A stretch of DNA of 64,000 nucleotides from Podarcis filfolensis (lineage: Eukaryota), in assembly GCA_964270895.1 (NCBI GenBank), contig OZ185437.1; one strand, written 5' to 3'. Below, in pieces: positions 1 through 13,690 of the stretch. The notes under the pieces are model-generated. The model made no database searches. It had not been told where the DNA came from and saw nothing but the letters and a program-made list of their open reading frames with translations. The position numbers and the translations under genes were made by a program. Numbering within the stretch: the stretch's first letter is position 1; each line of letters opens with the position of its first letter.

Positions 1-163
1 TGGGCAAAAGGTATTGAGGTATTGCTTGCCAGCTTCCAGCCCCTGCTTGGGCAGGGGGCATCTTGTGCTGCCATCATAATACGTAAATTTACAGGGCTGA
101 CGCTGGCCAGAACCCCTAAAGAAGTCCCGACAAAGCTGCTGCCGAGCCAGCTTCCTTTTCAGA

Positions 164-830
164 CACACACTCTGTGCAATGCAACTACACACTCCATGCA
201 ACACAACTACACACTCCGTTCAATGCAACTACACACTCCATGCAATACAACTACACACTCCGTTCAATGCAACTACACACTCCGTGCAATGCAAAAACGC
301 ACTCTGTGCAATGCAACTACCCTCCATGCAATGCAACTATACTCCATGCAATGCAACTACACGCTCCGTGCAATGGAACTACATACTCCGTTCAATGCAA
401 CTACACACTCCGTGCAATGCAACTACACACTCCGTTCAATGCAACTACACACTCTGTGCAATGCAACTACACACTCTGTGCAATGCAACTACACACTCCG
501 TGCAATGCACACACACTCTGTGCAATGCAAAAAACACACTCTGTGCAATGCAACTACACCCTCCGTGCAATGCACACACACTCTGTGCAATGCACACACA
601 CTCTGTGCAATGCAACTACACACTCCTTGCAATGCGCCCACACCCACACTCCGTGCAATGCAACAACACACTCCGTGCAATGCAACTACACTCTGTGCAA
701 TGCACACACACCCTCCATACAATGCACACAACCTCCGTGCAATGCAAATGCAAATCTCTCATGCAATGCAATGCAAATGCAGCCCGTGCAGCACTGTGCC
801 CTGCAACGCACAGAGCAAACTGCAATGCGG
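164..830 (+). repeat. Minisatellite, ~22-bp unit (TGCAATGCAACTACACACTCCG), decaying into TGCAA pentamers at the 3' end
   Basis: Unit repeated with variants (TCCG/TCTG/TCCA) from ~164 to ~745; looser TGCAA repeats to ~830. Explains the three long overlapping + strand ORFs. Confidence 0.95.
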
Positions 831-1341
831 GCACGCAAAGGTGCTTTCTCCCGCTTGCATATTGCAAACGTGGCGCCTGTTACATCCCTCGCAGTGAGGG
901 AACCACCAAAAGACCCTCGACACTGGACCTAAGTGTCCAGGTAGAGCAATGGGGGAGCATGCAGCTGTCCCATATAGGGACCAATCCTGCAACCTAGGCA
1001 TTACCGGCAAAAGCCCTGTCATAGTCCGCAAAAACTAAACAATGTAAGGAACCGGTGAAACCAATGCTTCATGGACCACATGGGGACACTATTCAGGCCG
1101 GAAACGCTTCCAGGCCATCGAATTCTAGGGCAAAGCCCTAGGATCACGTGCTAGGCCAGGCATAAATGTTTCCAGTGAAATAGCAGAGTTGAGGTAGCCC
1201 ACAGCTTGTCCAGGTACCCCTGCTTGCCCTTTTAGCGGGAAGCACCCCTTCAAGAAAACCAAAGTTCTTTTTTCACAAATGGGCCGAACTACCCAGCAAG
1301 AGAATAGCCCAAAAGGAGCAATTTGTTTTGTTTTGTTATAA

Positions 1342-1417
1342 CAATGGCTAAGAGGGGGATATGAACCCTGTCTCCAGGTCCTAGTCCTACTCTTTAGCCA
1401 CTAACCCACAATGGCTC
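1342..1417 (-). mobile_element. tRNA-derived SINE head fragment (Squam3/CORE-like)
   Basis: Reverse complement GAGCCATTGTGGGTTAGTGGCTAAAGAGTAGGACTAGGACCTGGAGACAGGGTTCATATCCCC has box A- and box B-like motifs. Confidence 0.55.
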
Positions 1418-2084
1418 GTCTCTAAAATGGCAGTCGCCACTATCAGGGCAAAACAAACTTAGTGAAAATAACTTGTTCAGAAACAGCATAGTTCAAGAGC
1501 ATATACAGAGTGCTCATAGTCATTGGAGGCACAGAGAGCCTCTGCCGCCCTGTCTGCCTCAGATATACATTAGCAGCAACTGAGCCTGCAAGCAGGTACA
1601 TTCTTATAGAGAGGTCAGAGACTTAAAAATTAACTGCTACCTGTAGCAGACGTAGGCTTGGAAGTTATGTGCAGGCCAAATAGGCCTCCCTGCCTCTGCT
1701 CTTGAGAATCTTAGTCTCATAGCAATATTAAAGGAACTCAATATAGTGCTCCCGCCCAAGGCTAGATTAAAATTTGGCCAACAGCGCTGCACACACTCAA
1801 ATAAAGCCAACCTTCGGGGGTGCTATAAACGAAAGCGATTCCAGCTAAGCTGGGAACAGCCCTGACTAGCCCCACAATTTACAACAGGAGAAATGGGGGA
1901 AACCTTTTTTGCAAAAGAAAGCCCCTAACGGGGACTCTCTCCCTATTGGGAAAGGCAAGCCACAGATACAGGGAGAATCTTCCCACAGGGCAGGGTAAGG
2001 GATGGGGTGGGAAATCGAATAGGAAAGGGGAATTAAATTATTTAAGGGACTAAAGAGGATTAAAAGAAGGGGGAAATAAAGAAA

Positions 2085-2469
2085 TGTAACCAGACAATGA
2101 GAAGATTGCATCACTGTCCTCCAGACAGTCCAAGTGCTCCACGTGATCCGGTTCCCACATTGAAAGAGAAAGCAGCTTGCTGTGAACCTTGTTTAAATAA
2201 CCTGTTCCCACCCCCAAATTGGCAACATCCATTTTATCCCAGCAACTCAAACAGCCAATCCTTGCCAGGCCCCTCTATCTTATACTGCCTGGCAACTATG
2301 GGGTGTCTTGCTAGGCCCCATCCGCAACACGTGCTCTCCTTTAGTGAGAACACGCTTTCTCAGTCCCACTGAGTGCCTCTGGGTAAAGGAAAAGCCAATC
2401 ACGAAACCATAAATAGTGGGCCAAAAGTTAATCCTGTCCATGAGAGTCTCCTAAAAACGGAATAGTTCA
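2085..2469 (+). mobile_element. Possible LTR remnant
   Basis: Purine tract AAAAGAAGGGGGAAA just upstream, TGTAAC start, CCAAT at 2395, CATAAATA at 2408, possible GTTCA end. No TSD or partner LTR found. Confidence 0.25.
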
Positions 2470-5400
2470 CCCCTGAATTGGTCAGGAGCCTTGGCTTGCT
2501 TTAGCATTACATGATACTGGGTGTCTGACTAGTACATTGAGGAAGCAGTTCAAAAATGTTCACTTTTAATTTTGGTTTGGAAGTGCATTTATAACCTCTG
2601 CTTCATGCACATAAACAGCTCTAAACGTTACTTGATTTCTGATACAGTCCTGGGTTTCGGAACTGGCTGTCATATGACCTCTTGACTTTTCAGACCTCAT
2701 TTTGAATTCTAGGAGCACCATTTAATCATCCACAGCAGCTTCTCCCTTGATTCCCTAATGAATTTTAAACTCTCCATTACAATAATGTTTGTGGGTGAAA
2801 CTGAGCTTAAAATGTCGTATTTATCTGGACTGGTTTGCATGAAAATCTTCTAATGCTTTTTAAAAAATGAATCTTGATATTATAATTCATATGAGGAGGG
2901 CTGGAATGCTATTTATTTAATTTTGAAGGAGTCCCCTGATTAAAGGTACTCAGAAGAGATTAATGAGTGCAGCAAATATTGTGAACTTACAAGACCTTTT
3001 AAAAACTGTTCTTTGAGAGTTTTCATGCATTGTTAATTAATCACAATTATTCCTTGTTGTCAAGGGGCGGATTCCACCTATGTGCCGTTCTCACTTCCAT
3101 TACAATTAATTCTGTTTCCAATAATGTTAATTAGAAAACATAATTGGGTATATGATGACGCACATGAGGCTACTGTCAGGTGACATATGCTCACCAAAAG
3201 AACTGAAGCTTTGTATTTTGTTAGAGGCTTCCAGGGAATGTAATCAAGGCATTCCCCAAACATGTATTAATTACACTACCGCATTCATCAAAACGGTTTG
3301 GAAATTGGCACGCAATGAACTTTGGCTTTTAACTCGAATATCAAATCATTGGATGAGTGAGGCACTTTTCATTGGATGAGTGAGGCACATAAAAAGTAAA
3401 GCAACATATTGATATTAATTAAAAATAGCTCACAGGCCATAATGCCAAGCACAATTTACTAGGAAGAAAACTCCAATTCACTTAAGCCATTGGTTATCTT
3501 ATGCAAATTTCATTCAAACAAATGAATGTGCACCTGCTATCTGTACCTTCTTGTTCACTTTAAAATCAAATGCAGAATTCTAAGGATGTTGATGGATACA
3601 GCAGATTCCAAACCAAGAATATAACTTGACAAGAGTGGGAAGGGCAAATGCAGGGCTACCCTATAAAAACCCCATTGTAATCAAGCCTGAGATTTGCGGG
3701 GGGAGACGTATTCATGATCAAAGGGAAATGTCTGTGGCCTTGTCAAAATATCTTACCTCACCAAATTATCACTAGGTTACATAATGATTCTTGGATATCA
3801 TCATGCATTATATTTTAGTGGAATCACAATAAAATATAGACGTCTCCCAGTGACGCAGGCACTGCATCTTTCATTGCAATTGTGGTACTTGGCAAGTTTT
3901 CTCCCTGAAGCTATTCCACAGGCCCCAGTTAAGATGCATCAGAGATCTCATTATTTCTTCTGCTAGACACTTGTGAAAGAGCGTTTAAACTCCTGGAATC
4001 AAACCCTGTTATGACCTGTTGCTTCTTATTTATCTTTTGATTCTCACTTATTTCTGACATTTTCTTTGACATGATTCCGCGTTCTGTAATGGGTGATCCA
4101 AATAAAGCAGTGTCACTGTGGGCCTATTCCCTGACTGACCAAAATAATCTGCTTCTTGGTTTATCTTGGCCCTTGTAGCCATGGCTGTTACGCTTTGACA
4201 GAGATGAGTAGGACCAGACAGCGGCAGAGCAAGCTGATCGGGTGCCTGGGGCAGCGTGTGCACACTATGCCCAGGGGTGGGTCCAGCCACCTGTGGGGTG
4301 GGGTTAGCTGGAGCAGGATGCTCCACGGGGCCTCCGAAGAGTTTGCCTGCCTCTTCCCACTCAGCTGCCCTACAGCTGAGGGGGAGGAGGTGGGCGGACC
4401 GTTTGGGGTAGCGCAGAGGCTGCGGGCGTGCTGCAGGCCCCGTGGTGAGTGCCACTCTGCATTTTGACACCCCCTCGGTGACACCCGGGGTGGCCCGTCC
4501 CCACCACACACCCCTTCCTCTGCCCCTGGGACCAGCTCACCAGAATCAGGAACATTGTGTTTGCTATCCTCCTTTACTGTAGTGATTCTAAAGTTAATTT
4601 GGAGCAGCTCTTACAAAGGGTGAATAAATCTGTCATTTTTGGTTTCTCTCTGTTTCTTATCTTAAGTTTCATTCACCACAGTTCCGTATAAGTTGCATTC
4701 TTTATTACAGAAAAGCCACCATGAAAATTTTGTGAGTATTTTAGTATGTCAGTTTCATAATGAACACATTTTTGTATGTAATCTTGCTTAGATATACATT
4801 TTTTTGCACTTTTTCTAGGTAAAGATCACATAAAGATGCACTATTTTAATGCATGCATTTTTAGGTAAACTTTCCCCTGATATATGCATGTTTGTATATA
4901 TTTTCTGGTTGGAGAACTGCATCATATAATTCAGAGCAGTGTGAATTTCAGAAGATAGTTGCATTTCAGATTGCATGTTGTTTTGAAAAGTGAAAATTAG
5001 GTTATACTAAAATGTGAACCAAATTTGTCCTCCATCCTTAGCACATCCATAAAACTTAGTATCAGCATCTTCCTTGGGCAACAAATGCACTGATTTTTTT
5101 TTTTTTTTGGTGAAAATTAAATTAACTAGTAGTTTTTTCCTCGAGAAATTTTCACCTGTAGAGTAAGGGGTGAAAGTAATTTAACCAATCATTGTTCACT
5201 CAAAGGAAGTGTTGTTGTAGCAATCTGTTGACAGGGATGGAAACCAAACAGGGAAAGCAACAAATGAACAAATGCAGAACAGGAATGAAAGAAAACACAC
5301 AGTGGAAATATAAAATCCTGCCTAATACACAGTTCCTTTAAGTATACAGAATTATTCAGCTGAATGCAATTCAGCACCTGCTTCTTCCAATGGTGTTGCA

Positions 5401-6569
5401 TTGTTCTCTCCTGGATTCAATCAACAGTTCAGACACGTAGAAGCCAGTTCATTAACCCTGTACAGGAATGTATCCATATCTTGGGGAAATGCTCCGAGAG
5501 TGATTCATTTGCTGGCAAAATCAAAATCACATGGCTCTGCTTTGCTGATTCCATTTCAATTTTTATTTTAGCAGCTAGAATTAAGACAAACCTCTTGCTA
5601 GTCGAGATAATTACACGCCATCCTCTCCTAACCAATGGGTGTGCTGCATTATAATCCCAGAGGGGATTTTTGTTTTAGTTTTTTTTTAGTTTTTCTGAAA
5701 GCTCCACATGTGTTATCATAAAACACCTGTTAGAATGCAGATCATTTGCACAAAAGTAACAATCTATCTCTATAAATTCCCACCGGTCCTTATAATTATC
5801 TCAGCTATTTAATTATTGATTGTAAAGCTTCAGAACTGTGGTTTGACACCGTAGACATTAAGGTATGGGCAGGGAGAACAGCGACTGGCAAGGAAAGGAT
5901 ACAATTTGGAAATGCATAGCAAGGTCCCTATTTTCCAAAGGAGATAAGCAGCTTTCTCTGCTCAAATGGAGCAGAAAAAAGGGTTTTATGTTTTTTCTCT
6001 ACTGCACTCTGTATTTTGCAGTAGCTGCTCTGCAGCATACATATGGGTTTCATAGCCAGCAGGGAGGAGGCAAGCTGTTGGAAAGGAACATCCAGTGGGG
6101 AGCCAGTTGTGTGAATGTCTGGAAATGGTGAACTCATACTTTATAGTTCTAAATGTTTGGGACTCACTATCCTTCCCTAGCAATTCTCAAATATGTCGGT
6201 TAGATTAATGTTATGTTATTGAGAGGTGTGTTGTTTTTTAACTAGGATTCCACAGATATATGTTGGTGCGTTATTCTTAGCTGTTTGGGTTTCCTTCTAG
6301 AAGGAAAAATGGGGTATAAACGGGAATTGAAAATAAAATCAATATACCCAGCAAAGCTGTGACATTAAGCATGTTAAAATACCCTGTCAAAAAGAAAGAA
6401 AGAAATTTCATTGTGCACCAAAAGGACTAAAGTCAGGTGCCCGGTGAGCTTCCTTGGGAAGGGCACATCTTAAACAGGGGCCACTAATGAAAAAGCCTTC
6501 TCTCTCGTTACTACGTACCTACATATTTCAACGAACTGTTTAATGGGTGCACAGTTTTCTCTGCAGGAA

Positions 6570-6725
6570 GCGGATGAGGGGAGGGGGATTATTGGTTTGT
6601 GGGGTTTTTTTGTTCTTGTTTTTATTATGTATTTTGTGTTTTCATATTGTATTTTTATGTTGCGAAGCACCTTGAGATCTACAGATGAAGGGCAGTATGC
6701 AAATGTAATAAATAAATAAAAAACC
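6570..6725 (+). mobile_element. L2-type LINE 3' tail
   Basis: T-rich tract, then GATGAAGGGCAGTATGCAAAT and (TAAA)n end. Confidence 0.6.
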
Positions 6726-6779
6726 ACAAATAAAAATAGAATCATTACATTAAAACATCTTACTGAAAACAGATACTTG

Positions 6780-6907
6780 GGGGGATGGGGGGTGCTGTTG
6801 GTTTGTTTTTGTTTTATTATGTATTTTGTGTTTTTATGTTGTGAGCCACCTAGTGATCTTCAGATGAAGGGTGGTATATAGATTTAATAAATAATAATAA
6901 TAATAAA
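6780..6907 (+). mobile_element. Second L2-type LINE 3' tail, similar to 6570-6725
   Basis: Shares TTTTATTATGTATTTTGTGTTTT and CAGATGAAGGG with the neighbour; ends in (TAA)n. Confidence 0.6.
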
Positions 6908-9900
6908 GAATTCAACAAAGAAGTCTTGTCAGCAGAATGACTTCTGCTGGGCAACGGGTTCCCCCCCCCCATGCATCCCCAGGAACTGGGTTGGCAGAAC
7001 CACTGGAAATGATTAGTGGAATTCAAAGGATCCAAATTTCATTTTTTTCAAAAGAGGCCTTACCAACACTTCCCCTCTCTTCTCAGAGGAGGCATTAACC
7101 ACCCCTGAGGTTCATTTCCCCATCCTTGCCTGGCAGGTTTCAGCTGATTTGCTGAACGAACTTCGCTCTTTTTGCCACAGCTGCCAGGCGTGAGTTATTT
7201 TCTGAATTAGATTCTATTGCCTCTTTCTTACCAAGTACAACTGAAAATGTCCTCCTCCTCAGGAGGGAGCAAAGAAGGGAGAGATTCAAAACTGCACAAC
7301 ACAGCAGGGCTACAACCTCCCCCCCAAATTGGTAGCATCTTGTTCCAGCACCAAAGTGTTTTTTTTTTATCGTGCTGTGTATTTCATACAAAAAAAAAAA
7401 TCACACCACTTGCTGTGTGGATGTGGGGAAAGAAGAGAATATGAAGAAAGTTTAGCATCTTGTCAGGTCAGGGATTGTAGCCTTAGAAAGAGAAATAGGC
7501 AATTCAAAATCCAAAGACTTGAAGATGGTGCCTGGAGAAAGGAGGAGATCAAAGAGCAGCTCAGCAAGCACCTGAGCCTTTCAGAAAAACATACTGTGAA
7601 CTTCCAGTCTTCAAAAAGGGGACTCAAGCTCTTTAAAGTAAAATTCCTTTTGGTCTTCCTGTGGCCTGATACAATAGCAGCCATGCCCTCATACAGTTGG
7701 TGCACACGCAGAGGTTCCCCCCCAGCTTGCTTAAAATAACTATGTTTTGCCAATTATAAACCCCTCCCTTTTGCAGATCAAGGCAGTAGACAAGTAGCAC
7801 TACAATGAATGAAATACATTCTAAATAATAAGCTACGCAGTGTTCATTTCAATAGATGTCAAAGAAGATGTGCATATTGTGTAACGACTAAGAGTGTTAT
7901 CCTTCCCTGCAGTCTACCAGGGCTGTGCGGAGAAGCAGAGCCACCACATTTGCAGCCCGGTCATGCACAGCGTCTGGTGCAGATTGGTATGCTGGCTTGA
8001 AGAGGGTGCAGCAAATGGACCCAGATTGAATCTGTTGCCGTCATTCAATAGCAGAGGGGCCAGTTCAGCCCTTCCCTCTGCCCACCCTAGAAATACTTGC
8101 TTTGAGTCCACTAGCTGCCACTGGTTGGGACTCTTGCAGGCGCCACCTCCACACAGCCATACATTTGGCAGGCAGAAGAGGGTGCTCTGTGTTTACAAAA
8201 CAATTCCGGCATCCTCTCAAGTGGTGGGCCAGTGAGCAAGAACAGAGCTGTCAGAACCACACAATCTCCCCACCACCATAGACCCTGGAGCAAAGGATGT
8301 TTGGATTTCTGTAAACTGGTAGTTCTAAAACACATAATCCTTACTAACTTCTGTTTATATCCCACCTTTCAGACAATCTTACATGGTCACTAAAAAGAAA
8401 GACTTGCATATCAAGAGTTACCTTAACTTAAAATAACGTGACTATCTGAGACCACCCCAAGAGTTCTTGTAATCTTGTAATCTTGTATGACTAGTACATA
8501 TAAATCAGTGCATTTTCACAATCTGAAGCAATTTCACACCATGGAGCAGATTGCATTAACCAAGTTTGCACTATGTTTTGTAGCTCTTCAGACCTTCTAC
8601 AAGTAGCTTCTGGATGACACAAACGAGAAATCCAGGATTGGAGTTTAGCTAGTTCCTGTCATCATAAAACCCGTATCATGTTCTCTGACCTGCTACATCT
8701 GTGTCAGACTGGGCTCTGCACAACAGCACACCCCTGTCTTTTGCTTGTAGGGATTAGCCAGTGTGGCTGAACGCAATGTAAAATTGCAAGGAGAATGTGG
8801 CCTGTGGATTTACTTTGTGATGCTGTCATAATAAAATTATTCGTGACATGGTGCTGATCCAGCGGTTCTGTAGGTGAACTACATTGCCCTCAATTAGATT
8901 TTCCCACAAACAACCATCTCAGCACAAGAAGTTAGAACGGATGCAGAGATCTAACAAGACCTAAGCAAAATATAACGATACTTACAAAAGGTTGAAACAA
9001 AGGTACATTCTCCACCCTCCACCCCATTTTAAATCCCCCATTTTAAATTTAAGATACATGCTTTTCTGGAACAAAGGTAAAGGTCATTGGAAAACTAATG
9101 TGTGAAATTATCCGCAGAATTGACGGTGTTGTATCTGTACCACTAGATTTATTGGGAGAAATTCAACATCATCCTAAACAAATATTATTTCAGTGCAAGT
9201 ATTTCTGCTGGTCTGATAAAACGACCTCCCTTCTACCCTCCATGTGCTGTTCTAGGGGTTCTCCTGACTCCCCAAAGCAAATTGAGGAGGTATGTGATGG
9301 TGGGGAAGCCCTGGTGGGAGCCCTTGTGCTGGATCCTACTGCCAAAACTACTTAGTTGACTCCAGCCCAAAGTCAGGAAAGTAGTAAGACATACATCACT
9401 CTGAGGGGTGATCAGAGTCTTTCAAAACAAGTATTTGGGAAAAGGTTACAGTGTGCACTACAAAGATGCCTCCCAATAACAAACACAGGATACAAGCTGG
9501 CCAAACTTAATTTTTAAAAAAATTCTTATTGATTTTAATGGGAAAGTGTTAAACAAGTTCCCGAATCCCAGCCAACTTTGGCTGGATCGTGCTAACCTCT
9601 GTGTTTACACAGATGCCTGAGCTAACATAAGATGAGATCTCCCACCCTAAAGTAGCTGGGGCATCTGAATGAATATGTCAAATGGTAGGATTATCACTTT
9701 TTCATTTCCATTCTTGACAAAATTACCTCATGACTTGCTGAAAGGACACGCTTCATCTGGAAACACTATGACATCAAGAAAAAGGAGACCTAGCCATAGT
9801 TTCCCAAATAAACAATTCATCCATTGGGTTGCATTGATTGTTTATTTGGCTGCTTTTCTTGGTTTTCTACAACATATAAATGCTATTATGCATAGACAAT

Positions 9901-10250
9901 AACAGTGGACGAAGAATAACCAGGAATGAGTTTGAGCTACTCCAGAGGCGAAGATTTCTGCAGCTTCTAGGATCATTCTCTTATCCTTTTCTATATGAAA
10001 ACAATAATTAAAAACGGAGGTCTCAGAAGGAAATAAGATTGGCAATGATTATTAATGCAAGCCATCAGCAACTGTAAAAACAACCTGAGGCCATCGAGTA
10101 ATGCCGTTTTTTCAGTAAAGCCACTCACTGCTTTGTAAGAACAACCATCGGTATGCCTACAGCACTTCTTAGCTTATCTTAGAGTGTAATTACAAAAAAA
10201 CCTTTGCATCAGTTCCAGGCTGATGAACAAAAGACTGATTTTTCATTGTC

Positions 10251-10251
<1 letters not shown>

Positions 10252-10296
<45 letters not shown>
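10252..10296. repeat. (AC)n microsatellite
   Basis: Direct reading. Confidence 0.98.
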
Positions 10297-10300
<4 letters not shown>

Positions 10301-11141
10301 TCTTAAACCTTCCTTCTTCCCCCAGTGAATCACCTCTCAGGTGGGCATCATTGCCATTAAAAGAGAACAAGGGAGGCATTCATTGTGAATTCTGGCACCT
10401 CTTTTTCTAGAAAAATAGCACAGATAACCACCACCACCACCACAGTCTATTTGAAAATCACTACCATCACCATAGTTGGCACAGTGCTTTTGCATGAGAT
10501 TGCAGCCCCCAAAGACGAGTGTCTTCTGGGGCTGTGCATTAGAGCATTTTGGTAAGGGTATGTGATGCCCATTATGGGTAGGACATGCACAATCATCTGT
10601 CCTGTTTAGAGGGGCCAAATATGGACCAGGGAATTTGGGTTGTCTGCTCCACAGTGGCTTCCAGTACTGATCTTTGCATGAGATGCACTGTGACAAATCC
10701 ACTGTGGTTTTGCATGAATGAAACAGTTGTTCCACATATTATCACTGGATGAAGCAGCTATTATTTTATTTTCACAACTATATTATGGATGTCATCCTGA
10801 TGCGGGATCTGAGCAGTATGAGTCATCGTCTCCTTACATTGCTTTAATAGAAAGTACATATACATCAGGGCAGCTAAATGCAGTTTCAAAGACTTAAATA
10901 AAGCCTCTTGGGGCTTTTATGAAGATTGATGTCATCATTAGCTGTAGCTCCTTTCCGCCTAGCTTATCGTTAGATTTGTGGCTCAAGATGAGCTATAACT
11001 AAATACAGCTTCCCGTTCATAATATTCTTCTTCAGGATGAAGAGCCAAGCAAAGATTATAGTTTTCCTCTCAGCAAATCACTGGAGGTAACAGTGCAATG
11101 CTACAACTTTTATGAGTTTTTATAGAACACACTGAAATTAT

Positions 11142-11205
11142 TAAGAACATAAGATGATCCTTCTGGATGAGGCAAGTGGTCCATCTAGTCCAGCATCCCG
11201 TTAGT
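11142..11205 (-). mobile_element. SINE/LINE 3' tail fragment; same family as 55918-56002
   Basis: TAAGAACATAAG...CCATCTAGTCCAGCATCC resembles the reverse complement of the 55918 copy. Confidence 0.45.
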
Positions 11206-11450
11206 GGAACTGTGGAGGGGGAAAACAAACTCTCATCAAGATCAAAGCTGAAATTAAAAAATTTGGATTCAGGTAAAGCTGGCATTTTGATGCAGCAGAG
11301 CCTCTGAGAGGAGAGTGCAGCCATTACTGCCCAGATCTCAGCACAGGCCATGGTGCCTTGCAATATACCAGACTCCCTGCCATCCCATCTCACCCCTCAC
11401 TGTCCTGGTAGCAGCAGCAATGACCCCACTGCCAGGAAGATAGCTTTGTG

Positions 11451-11685
11451 TGGTATAGCGGTTAAGAGCAGTAGACTCGTAATCTGGTGAACCGGGTTCG
11501 CGTCTCCGCTCCTCCACATGCAGCTTCTTGGGCCAGTCACACTTCTCTGAAGTCTCTCAGCCCCATTCACCTCACAGAGTGTTTGTTGTGGGGGAGAAAG
11601 GGAAAGGAGAATGTTAACCGCTTTGAGACTCCTTCGGGGAGTGATAAAGCGGGATATCAAATCCAAACTCCTCCTCCTCCTCCTT
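11451..11685 (+). mobile_element. tRNA-derived CORE-type SINE (Squam3-like)
   Basis: Box A TGGTATAGCGG, box B GGTTCGCGTCTCC, CORE-like CTCAGCCCCATTCACCTCACAG, (CTC)n tail. Possible 7-bp TSD CTTTGTG (11444-11450 / 11686-11692). Confidence 0.8.
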
Positions 11686-12784
11686 CTTTGTGACTCTGCT
11701 TCACCAGGCAAGTTGCTTCTGTGGCAAAGGGTGGTGGCCACTGGACAACAGGAGTCTTATGACCTGAGCCCTGGCTATAAGAACCAGATATTTGTTCTTT
11801 GAAAAGTTGACAGCTTTTGAAGAAAGAAGACAAGGCAGTCTTTAATCTTCACATCTTGTGCAGATGAATGACCAGGTGTAAAGACTGGACACCCGTACTT
11901 CCTCCTTTTTCTTCCTAGCACCATGACTTCCCAGGGTGGTTGCTCCCCCACTTTTTTTTTTTTTTTTAATATGCAAGTTAGTCAGCCATGGCACCTGCCA
12001 ATTAGCCGTTCAAAAGAAAGGAGAGTTCATTGAAAAGAACTCTGTGCTCTTTTGATTTGTGGGCTTTATTTTGCTCACATTTTCATTAACCTTTACATTT
12101 GGAAAGTCTATCGTTCTATCTTGCAAGAATAGGGGTTTGCTATTTGCAGAGACCTAACAAAAGTCCATTAATATTGTTGAAACATAATCAGTATATTGAA
12201 CTTCAAATTCTAAAGTCAAATACTATTGTTAACAGTATTCCATTTACTATTAATCACACCACCCTTGTTAGAGAAAGTCTTTGGATTGAATAGGGTTATT
12301 GAGGACTATAAATCATATAATTATGTAAAGTCATTCCAAGTCTATTGGTGTAATGAATAAATTCATATTTAAATTCTATTCCATTTCAGTAAAAGTCTGA
12401 AGAAATAAAAGTCCAATGCAAAATTTTCAGTATATGGTTACCTTATATTGGTTGGGGTTTTTTACATTAAAAATGTGGTCTAAGAGGCCTGACTTGGAAT
12501 AAAAGACAATTTTATTTGTATTTGTAGTTTCAGCTTTTGTCTGAAACATCATGGAACATGTTATAATTTAATGCAATAAATGTGTTTAATATTTTTGATG
12601 GCCAGTTCAAAAAAGGATAAGTAGAGACCCATGATCTGCTAATGTCCCAGTTAGACTATTGCAGTGCTTTATATGTAGCACTATACATATAATTTCAGTT
12701 AGGTTTTTAACTGCATCCTAAAGAGCCAATGACACTTCCATGCCACACATTTAAATCCAACACACATTTAAATCACTTAACTCC

Positions 12785-12875
12785 CCCGCAAAGAATCATG
12801 GGAATTGTAGTTTCCCCCCTCATTGAGCTACAGTTCCCAGCACCCTTAACAAACTATGGTTCCCAGACTTATTTT
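12785..12875. mobile_element. Short MITE-like inverted-repeat element
   Basis: GGGAATTGTAGT...GCTACAGTTCCC inverted arms; same family as 21716-22155. Confidence 0.55.
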
Positions 12876-13304
12876 GGAGACATCATCCTGCGTACAAGTT
12901 ATGAGTATACATTTTTTATGTTCACTGTGTTGCTGTTTGCGTGTTCAATTGTGTGAAGTAAGGTTGTGTTACCCCTTCTTTAATGGTTTTTCTTTCTTTT
13001 CAGTCCTTGAGCATGTTGTGGATCACTACTACATTTTTTTCACTCGTTCTAACACTTCTACCCGCCATGCCTCCATGCACGAGGAATACAGTATTTTGGG
13101 AATAGGTGGACCTTGGATATGCAAACATAGCATTGTGATGCAAGCTTCAACTACAGTGATAAGAAAACTGCAATAACATTACTATTGCAAGAATACTAGT
13201 TACGATCCACATAATTCTTCCACTGTATTGGCACAATTCCTCCCTACCACATTGGTGCCAGCCCATGCAATTGAGCCTAAGCGAGCCGCGGTTATGCCTT
13301 AGAG

Positions 13305-13690
13305 ATGGATGCTGTATGTATAGGAGTTAGAACCCCCCCCCCCCCCCAGTCAGCAATAGTGTAGAAAGTGGCAAATCTTTGCTGGAGTATGGATGCTTAC
13401 GCTTAATGTGCTGGAAGGAGAGGCAGGTGTAAGTTAACGCATGACATCCAAGCAGTGCACCCTTGGTGATCAGTTATTACCCTTCAGGAATAAGGAACAG
13501 ATTATTGGTGTTCAGGATCCCAGAAAGACAAGGCCAGGAGCAACACACTGATTGTAGCTCAGGATCAGTTTATCATCTGTACTCCCTATAAAACAGAGAG
13601 TCTTAACTAGGGGCGTGGGTGAGTGTTCAGTCCTCGAGGTACAGAAAGAAAGTCAAAGGAGCATAACATGAGTACAGTTTTACACAGTGG
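13305..13690 (+). mobile_element. LTR-like segment (unclassified)
   Basis: TG start after a short purine run, TATAAAA near 13588, ends in TTTTACA. No matching TSD. Confidence 0.3.

Noticed and set aside
22-997. Three long + strand ORFs (291, 252 and 272 aa)
   Set aside because: Products of a stop-free 22-bp minisatellite; same cyclic peptide in all frames.
3346-3388. Short tandem duplications (also ~8465, ~21758, ~26594, ~26728, ~27730)
   Set aside because: Ordinary slippage duplications of about 8-23 bp, no common motif, not a spacer-repeat array.
4048-4555. Cluster of overlapping ORFs in a GC-rich patch
   Set aside because: No recognisable domain or splice structure; looks like a GC-rich interspersed repeat where stops are scarce.
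11451-11520. tRNA genes here and at 52187-52260
   Set aside because: Box A/B heads run into SINE bodies and tails; no complete cloverleaf evident.
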